A stretch of 64,000 nucleotides of DNA. It comes from an uncultured delta proteobacterium. Lineage in GTDB: Bacteria; Myxococcota; Myxococcia; Myxococcales; Myxococcaceae. Of the stretch, positions 58,938-64,000 are shown piece by piece; position 1 is the first letter of the stretch; each line of letters begins with the position of its first letter. Both the position numbers and the translations under genes were made by a program. Location: positions 640,001-704,000 of the forward strand of contig CAVQKE010000001.1 in the NCBI GenBank assembly GCA_963713045.1, given 5' to 3'. Under the pieces are notes generated by a model. That model worked only from the letters and a program-made list of their open reading frames with translations. It was not told the origin of the DNA and did not search any database.

Positions 58938-59783
58938 CTAGCGGACGAAGGCCGTCCCGCGGCTTCCGGGCTGCTGCGCCTCCTCCAGCAGCGCACTGGG
59001 CGGCTGCACGCCCACAATGTGGATGGAGTCGATGCCTTGCTCCAGCATGGCCAGGCTTTCCTCCACCTTCACAATCATCCCACCGACGATGGTGCCCGAG
59101 GCGATGGCGGCGGCGGCGTCGGCCCGACTCAGCCGCGGCAGCCGGGTGGAGGGGTCGGCTTTGTCCCGCAGCACACCCGGCACGTTGGAGACGAGAAACA
59201 GCTTGGCCGCGTGAAGCTCCGCAGCGAGGCGGGCGGCCACCGTGTCGGCATTGACGTTGTACACGTTGCCGGCCGCGTCCGCGGCCAGCGAGCCCAGCAC
59301 CGGCACCAGGCCGGCGGCGGCGAGTCTTTCGAAGTACTCGGTCCGCACCGCCACCACGTCCCCCACCAGCCCCATGTCCACCGGCTCCGGCCCCTCCCCG
59401 GTGACCGGCCTTGGCGGCCGGCGCACGGCGTCGAGGAGTCCCGCCGAGACACCGGTGGTGCACAGGGCCGGGACGCCACACAGGCGGAAGGCCGAGGCCA
59501 CGTCCACCGAGACTTGGCCGGCCAGCGTCATCTTCATCACTTCCAGGGTGGCGGCGTCCGTCACCCGTCGTCCGCCCACCAGCCTCGGCTGCAGCCCGAG
59601 GCGCTTGCTCAATTCACTGGCTTGGGGCCCGGCGCCATGCACCACCGCCACCCGCACCCCCGCGTCGAGGAAGCCACGCACCGCCGCGCCGACCGAAGCG
59701 GCGAGCAGCGCCTTGTCCTGCGCCAGCTCTCCCCCCACCTTCACCACGAACCAGCGACCGGAAAACGCCTGAAGGCCGCTCAC
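58938..59783 (-). CDS. argB: Acetylglutamate kinase
   Basis: VVKVGG, VHGAGPQ, GRRVTD, YNVNADTVA, SNVPGVL, GGMIVK; GTG overlaps the natural argC stop. Confidence 0.92.
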   Translation of the reverse strand: MSGLQAFSGRWFVVKVGGELAQDKALLAASVGAAVRGFLDAGVRVAVVHGAGPQASELSKRLGLQPRLVGGRRVTDAATLEVMKMTLAGQVSVDVASAFRLCGVPALCTTGVSAGLLDAVRRPPRPVTGEGPEPVDMGLVGDVVAVRTEYFERLAAAGLVPVLGSLAADAAGNVYNVNADTVAARLAAELHAAKLFLVSNVPGVLRDKADPSTRLPRLSRADAAAAIASGTIVGGMIVKVEESLAMLEQGIDSIHIVGVQPPSALLEEAQQPGSRGTAFVR

Positions 59784-60836
59784 GGCCAGAGGCCCGGCTC
59801 GCGCAGGGTCAGCGTCTCCTCGAAGCCCATCATCAGGTTGAAGCTTTGCACGGCCTGCCCGGCGCCGCCCTTCACCAGGTTGTCCAGGGCGCTGAAGCAC
59901 ACCACGCGGCGGGTGTCGCCGCTGCTGGGCCCAAGGACGAAGCCCGTCTCCACGTAGTTGCTTCCGGACACTGCCACCACTTCCGGCTGCCGCCCCTGCA
60001 CCACCCGGACGAAGGGTTCCCTGGCAAAGGTGCGGCGCCCACAGGGCGGCCAATTCCTCGGCGCCGGTGCTGGCCGGGACGCTGGCAAAGGACGTGGCGA
60101 AAATGCCGCGGGGCAAGGGGGCCGAGACGGGGACAAATTCCAGGGACAGCGCTTGCGCCCCGGCGGCATTCAGGGTCTGGACAATTTCCGGGACGTGCTG
60201 GTGTTCCAGCGGCTTGTAGGTCCGCAAATTCACCGCCCGCAGCGGGTGGTGGGTGGTGGGTTGGGGTTGGGCACCGCTGCCGCTGCTTCCGGTGGCGGCC
60301 ACCGTCTGCACCGGCCCGCGCAGCAGCCCCCCCTTGGCCAATGGCAACAGGCCGAGAGCGATGGCGGTGGCAAAGCAACCGGGGCTGGCCAGGTAGCGCG
60401 CCCTGCGGATGGCCTCGCGGTTGAGCTCCGGAAGCCCGTAGGTGAAGAGGCCTTCCGTCAGCGCGCCGGGTTGGGGGTGCGCTGCGCCGTAGAAAGCCTG
60501 GTAGGCCCCTGGGTCGCGCAGCCGGAAGTCCCCGGACAAGTCGACCAACCGCACGCCGGTGGGCAACAAGTCGAGGACCACCTGGGCCGTCGTCCGGTGG
60601 GGCATGGCGAGAAAGGCGACGTCGGCGCCGGCCACCGCCTCCCGGGGCGGAAGCTGCTGGAAGACGAGGTCGGTTAAGCCGGCCAGGTTGAGGTGGACGT
60701 CCGAAACGCGCCGGCCCAGGTTGTCCGCCGCCGTCACCCGCGTCACTTCCACCCCGGGGTGGAAGAGGAGCCGGCGCAGAAGTTCCGCCCCGCCGTAGCC
60801 CGTCCCGCCGATGAGGACTGCTTTGGTGCGAGTCAT
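59780..60836 (-). pseudogene. argC: N-acetyl-gamma-glutamyl-phosphate reductase with a 1-nt frameshift near 60039 (real or assembly error)
   Basis: GGTGYGGAEL, ASPGCFAT, GSSGSG, HQHVPEI in one frame; EPFVRV...DNLVKGGAGQAVQSFNLMMG in another. Confidence 0.9.
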
Positions 60837-60920
60837 ATGGCGGCGCACCCTAGAGGACGGCACCCCACCGCGGGAAGGGCACCCGAGGAAGGCAGCCCAG
60901 CCGGGGGCCTGGGGCAGTTT

Positions 60921-61316
60921 CTACGTGTAGCGGATGGCGACGGCGATGACGACTTGCTGGTTTCCCTGGGAGGGGTCGGCCGGCGACCACAGCGGGCCGC
61001 TGTACATGACGCCCATCCCGGCCGAGCCGTCGTACACCAGCACCACCGCGGTGGCCCCCATTTGCGCTGCCCGCTTCACCAGGGCCTGGGAAATGGCCTG
61101 CTGCGAGGGGCTGCCGTCGAGGGACACCGTCACTTCCCCCAGACGGACGTACGGCACGCTGGGCTCGCTGCGTAAAACTTCCACCGACGAAGGGTCCGTC
61201 GGCGCAAACGGCGGCGCGTCGGCGTACAGGCGGCTGCTGGTACTCAGCCCGCCGCAGCCGGACGCCGCCAGCGCTGCCGCGAAAAGGACGCCCGCTGCCA
61301 GTTGGAAGCGCCTCAC
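60921..61316 (-). CDS. Hypothetical lipoprotein (YbjQ-like fold)
   Basis: Lipobox LAASG-C; PYVRLGEV...RAAQMGATAVV...AVAIRY. Confidence 0.7.
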   Translation of the reverse strand: MRRFQLAAGVLFAAALAASGCGGLSTSSRLYADAPPFAPTDPSSVEVLRSEPSVPYVRLGEVTVSLDGSPSQQAISQALVKRAAQMGATAVVLVYDGSAGMGVMYSGPLWSPADPSQGNQQVVIAVAIRYT

Positions 61317-61346
61317 CGTCGTCCCTCCCCGCCAGCAAAACCCGGG

Positions 61347-62219
61347 CTAAGCCTTTTTTAACATCGCGTCCAGCGTCTGTTCCAGGGTCTGCTTTCCGCG
61401 GCGCAGCGTCTCCGGGTGCTGGAAGACAATGCGTCCGGCGAGATGGGCTTCCGTCATTTCCTTGAAGAGGGACGCCATCTCAGCGGAAAAGCCGTACTGC
61501 TGCATGGTGGCCACCATCTGCGCCACCGGTTGGGACAGCACCTGCACCTCGCGTCCCAAAAGCTTGCTCAGCACCACGGCGACGTCGCTCGGACTGGCGT
61601 CCACCGGGCCGGCCAGCTCCACCACCCGGCTTGCCTTGGGGTGCTCGCTGAGAAGGCTGGCGGCGAGGAGGCCGATGTCGTGGGTCGCCACCTGGGGGTA
61701 CTTCGCGTCTTTGGGGTAGAAGGTCGGCAGCTGCCCCTCCTTGGCCGGCCCGAGCGCGCTGGCCCAATTCTCCATGAAGGAAGCCGCCCGCAGAAACGTG
61801 GTGGGCATCTTCAGCGCTGAGAAGGCCGTCTCCGCCAAGTGGAGGGCACGAATCAGGCCGGTGCCCTCCGGCAGTTGCGCCCCCGCCGAGGACAACAGCA
61901 CCACGTGTTTGACGTGGCTGCCGCCCAGCGTCTGGACACAGGCGTCGATGATTTTTTGCGCCCTTTGGAAGTACCCGGTGGAAGCGGGGGGCGGTGGAGG
62001 AATCAGGACATAGGCGGCGTCGGCGCTGCGGAGGGCCGCGGCCAGGGCGTGCGCGTCATCCAGGCTTCCGACGGCAACTTCCGCACCGCGCTTCTTCCAG
62101 CGGTCCGCTTTGGAGGCCTCCTTCACCAGCACCCGCACTTTTTGCTTCTGGTCAAGCAGCTGCTGGGCGACGACCGAGCCAGTGTGTCCGGAGACACCGG
62201 CGACAAAAAAGGTGGGCAT
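61347..62219 (-). CDS. NmrA-like NAD(P)-binding protein
   Basis: VAGVSGHTG, VVLLSSAGA, FMENW, VATHDIG; SD AAGGAGG. Confidence 0.9.
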   Translation of the reverse strand: MPTFFVAGVSGHTGSVVAQQLLDQKQKVRVLVKEASKADRWKKRGAEVAVGSLDDAHALAAALRSADAAYVLIPPPPPASTGYFQRAQKIIDACVQTLGGSHVKHVVLLSSAGAQLPEGTGLIRALHLAETAFSALKMPTTFLRAASFMENWASALGPAKEGQLPTFYPKDAKYPQVATHDIGLLAASLLSEHPKASRVVELAGPVDASPSDVAVVLSKLLGREVQVLSQPVAQMVATMQQYGFSAEMASLFKEMTEAHLAGRIVFQHPETLRRGKQTLEQTLDAMLKKA

Positions 62220-62468
62220 GGCGAGCCTCCTTGGGGGGTGTGCTGAACCTTCTACCGCCCTTTGGGGCGGCGCGTCCGCTTGCTCGCCCGAACGTCCGTT
62301 TCGCCAGCAGGGCAGCGAGCAAACAGCCAAGCCTTGGCGAAGGGGGAAGCGCCGCCTTTGCACCGTGGCCTCGGCAAAGCGTCTCGGGCGCCGCTTCCTC
62401 GGCTTGTCGTTGGGGAGAGGTGTCCCGCTGAGGTAGGTTGGGCCGGGCGGGGGCCCTTCTGGGTAGCC

Positions 62469-63506
62469 ATGTACCTTTTGCGCGACGTCCAAAGGGCCGA
62501 CCTGCCCAGCCTCAAGCGTCTGGCGGCGGTGCTCAACACCGTCAATCTCCCCAACGATGAGGAGACGTTGGAGCAGCTCATCGACACCTCGATGCGCAGC
62601 TTCGCCGGAAAGGTGCGGGACCCCTTCGAACGCGAATACCTCTTCGTCCTGGAGAACGCGGCCAGTCAGCAAGTGGTGGGGACCAGCCTGGTCATCGCCC
62701 AGCACGGCACCAAGGAAGCGCCGCACACCTATTATGAAGTGAGCGAGCGCGAGCACTACTCGGCCAGCCTGGACCGGCATTTCCGCCACAAGGTGCTGTC
62801 CATCGCCTACAACTACGCCGGCCCCACGGAAATCGGCGGGCTGGTGGTGGACCCACCCCACCGTTCCGGACCGGAGAAGCCCGGAAAGCAGCTGTCCTAC
62901 GTCCGCTTCCTCTTCCTCGCCATGCACCGGGCGAGTTTCCGCGAGCGCGTCCTGGCTGAGTTGATGCCGCCGCTGATGGCAGACGGACGCAGCCTGTTGT
63001 GGGAGGCGGTCGGGAAAAAATTCACCGGCCTCACCTACACCGAGGCGGACCGGCTGAGCCGCCAAAACAAGGAATTCATCAAGGAGCTGTTCCCCTCCTC
63101 AGACATTTACGTTTCGCTTTTCCCCGACCGGACGCAGAAGGTGGTGGGCGAGGTGGGCACCCAGACGCGGGGCGTGCAGCGCATGCTGGAGCGCATTGGC
63201 TTTCGCTACGTGGAGCGGGTCGACCCCTTTGATGGGGGCCCCCACTTCGAGGCCCGCACACAGGACGTGCTGTTGGTGCGGCAATTCCGCAGCGCGCGCG
63301 TCGGGGCCGAGCCGCTGGCCGAGGAAGCTGGCGCCGAGGTGATGATGGTGGGACTGGACCGCGAGTCCGCACGAAACCGCTTCCGCGCCGTCCGCACCGC
63401 CGCCCGACTGGACGACCAAGTCATTTTTCTTCCGCCGTTGGCTCGAGAGCTGCTGGGCGTGGCCACCGGCACGCGGGTGGGCGCCATTCCCTTCGAAATC
63501 AGCTGA
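62469..63506 (+). CDS. astA: Arginine N-succinyltransferase
   Basis: NLP...EYLFVLE, GPTEIGGL, LSYVRFL, VLAEL, ADRLS...KEFIKELFP, DPFDGGP. Confidence 0.88.
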   Translation: MYLLRDVQRADLPSLKRLAAVLNTVNLPNDEETLEQLIDTSMRSFAGKVRDPFEREYLFVLENAASQQVVGTSLVIAQHGTKEAPHTYYEVSEREHYSASLDRHFRHKVLSIAYNYAGPTEIGGLVVDPPHRSGPEKPGKQLSYVRFLFLAMHRASFRERVLAELMPPLMADGRSLLWEAVGKKFTGLTYTEADRLSRQNKEFIKELFPSSDIYVSLFPDRTQKVVGEVGTQTRGVQRMLERIGFRYVERVDPFDGGPHFEARTQDVLLVRQFRSARVGAEPLAEEAGAEVMMVGLDRESARNRFRAVRTAARLDDQVIFLPPLARELLGVATGTRVGAIPFEIS

Positions 63507-64000
63507 TGACCCAACAAAGCGTCAACGGCAGCCGCCTCTACGTGGAGGACACCGGCGGCCCTGGGCCGCCGGTGCTTTTCTCCCACGGGCTGCTCTACAG
63601 CTGCCGGATGTGGGACGCCCAGGTGCCTTCCTTGCGCCGCCGCTTCCGGTGCATTTGCTATGACCACCGCGGCCAGGGCCAGAGCGAGGTGGTGGCCAGC
63701 GGTTACGACGTGGAAACGCTGTGCGAGGACGCCGCGGCGCTGGTCCGCGCCTTGGGGGTAGCGCCAGTGCACTTCGTCGGGCTGTCCCTGGGCGGCATGG
63801 TGGGCATGCGGCTGGCGGCACGCTACCCGGAGCTGGTCGCGTCCCTGGTGCTGCTGGACACCTCGGCGGACGTTGAGCCGGCGGAAAACCTCCCGCGCTA
63901 CCGGTTGCTCACCTTTCTCGAGCGCTGGGTGGGGCCGTGGGTGGTGGCCGGTTCCGTCATGAAGATTATGCACGGCGCCACGGCACGGGCCGACCCGGCC
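63506..64000 (+). CDS. Alpha/beta hydrolase (3-oxoadipate enol-lactonase-like), 3' truncated by window edge
   Basis: ATG overlaps the astA TGA; VLFSHGL, YDHRGQGQS, GLSLGG nucleophile elbow. Confidence 0.85.
   Translation, partial: MTQQSVNGSRLYVEDTGGPGPPVLFSHGLLYSCRMWDAQVPSLRRRFRCICYDHRGQGQSEVVASGYDVETLCEDAAALVRALGVAPVHFVGLSLGGMVGMRLAARYPELVASLVLLDTSADVEPAENLPRYRLLTFLERWVGPWVVAGSVMKIMHGATARADPA

Noticed and set aside
58938..60863. 641-aa ArgC-ArgB 'fusion' in the ORF track
   Set aside because: Produced by a single-base frameshift; the linker is out-of-frame argC sequence and argB has its own GTG

Overview
High-GC (roughly 70% by eye) bacterial chromosome segment. Gene content points to a myxobacterium (order Myxococcales; inferred from eukaryotic-like Ser/Thr kinases, a giant TPR protein, a VKOR-DsbA fusion, a GAF/HD-GYP protein and DAG/DGG-motif lipoproteins). 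It holds about 60 CDS and one tRNA-Pro(CGG), mostly housekeeping or accessory single genes (pyk, dusB, queF, queC, icd-family, split class I fumarase, serA, ctaA, argB/argC, astA, ygfZ, NFACT/RqcH). I found no integrase, transposase, CRISPR array or rRNA. Most interesting: (1) an unannotated 28-aa Lys/Arg-rich ORF with a near-consensus sigma70 promoter, SD and terminator directly upstream of the ribosome-quality-control NFACT gene; (2) an MMPL + PhnD-like + TPR-lipoprotein trio resembling the BstABC sterol/lipid transport module; (3) a 3176-aa TPR protein with a putative lipid-binding N-domain and a degenerate zincin C-domain heading a lipoprotein-queC-ddpX run; (4) two divergent genes sharing one CATG, each with its own SD; (5) single-base frameshifts in argC (apparent ArgC'-ArgB fusion) and a tautomerase gene; (6) recurrent -10 boxes just before start codons, suggesting leaderless or short-leader transcripts. 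All family calls come from motif recognition by eye, not database searches.
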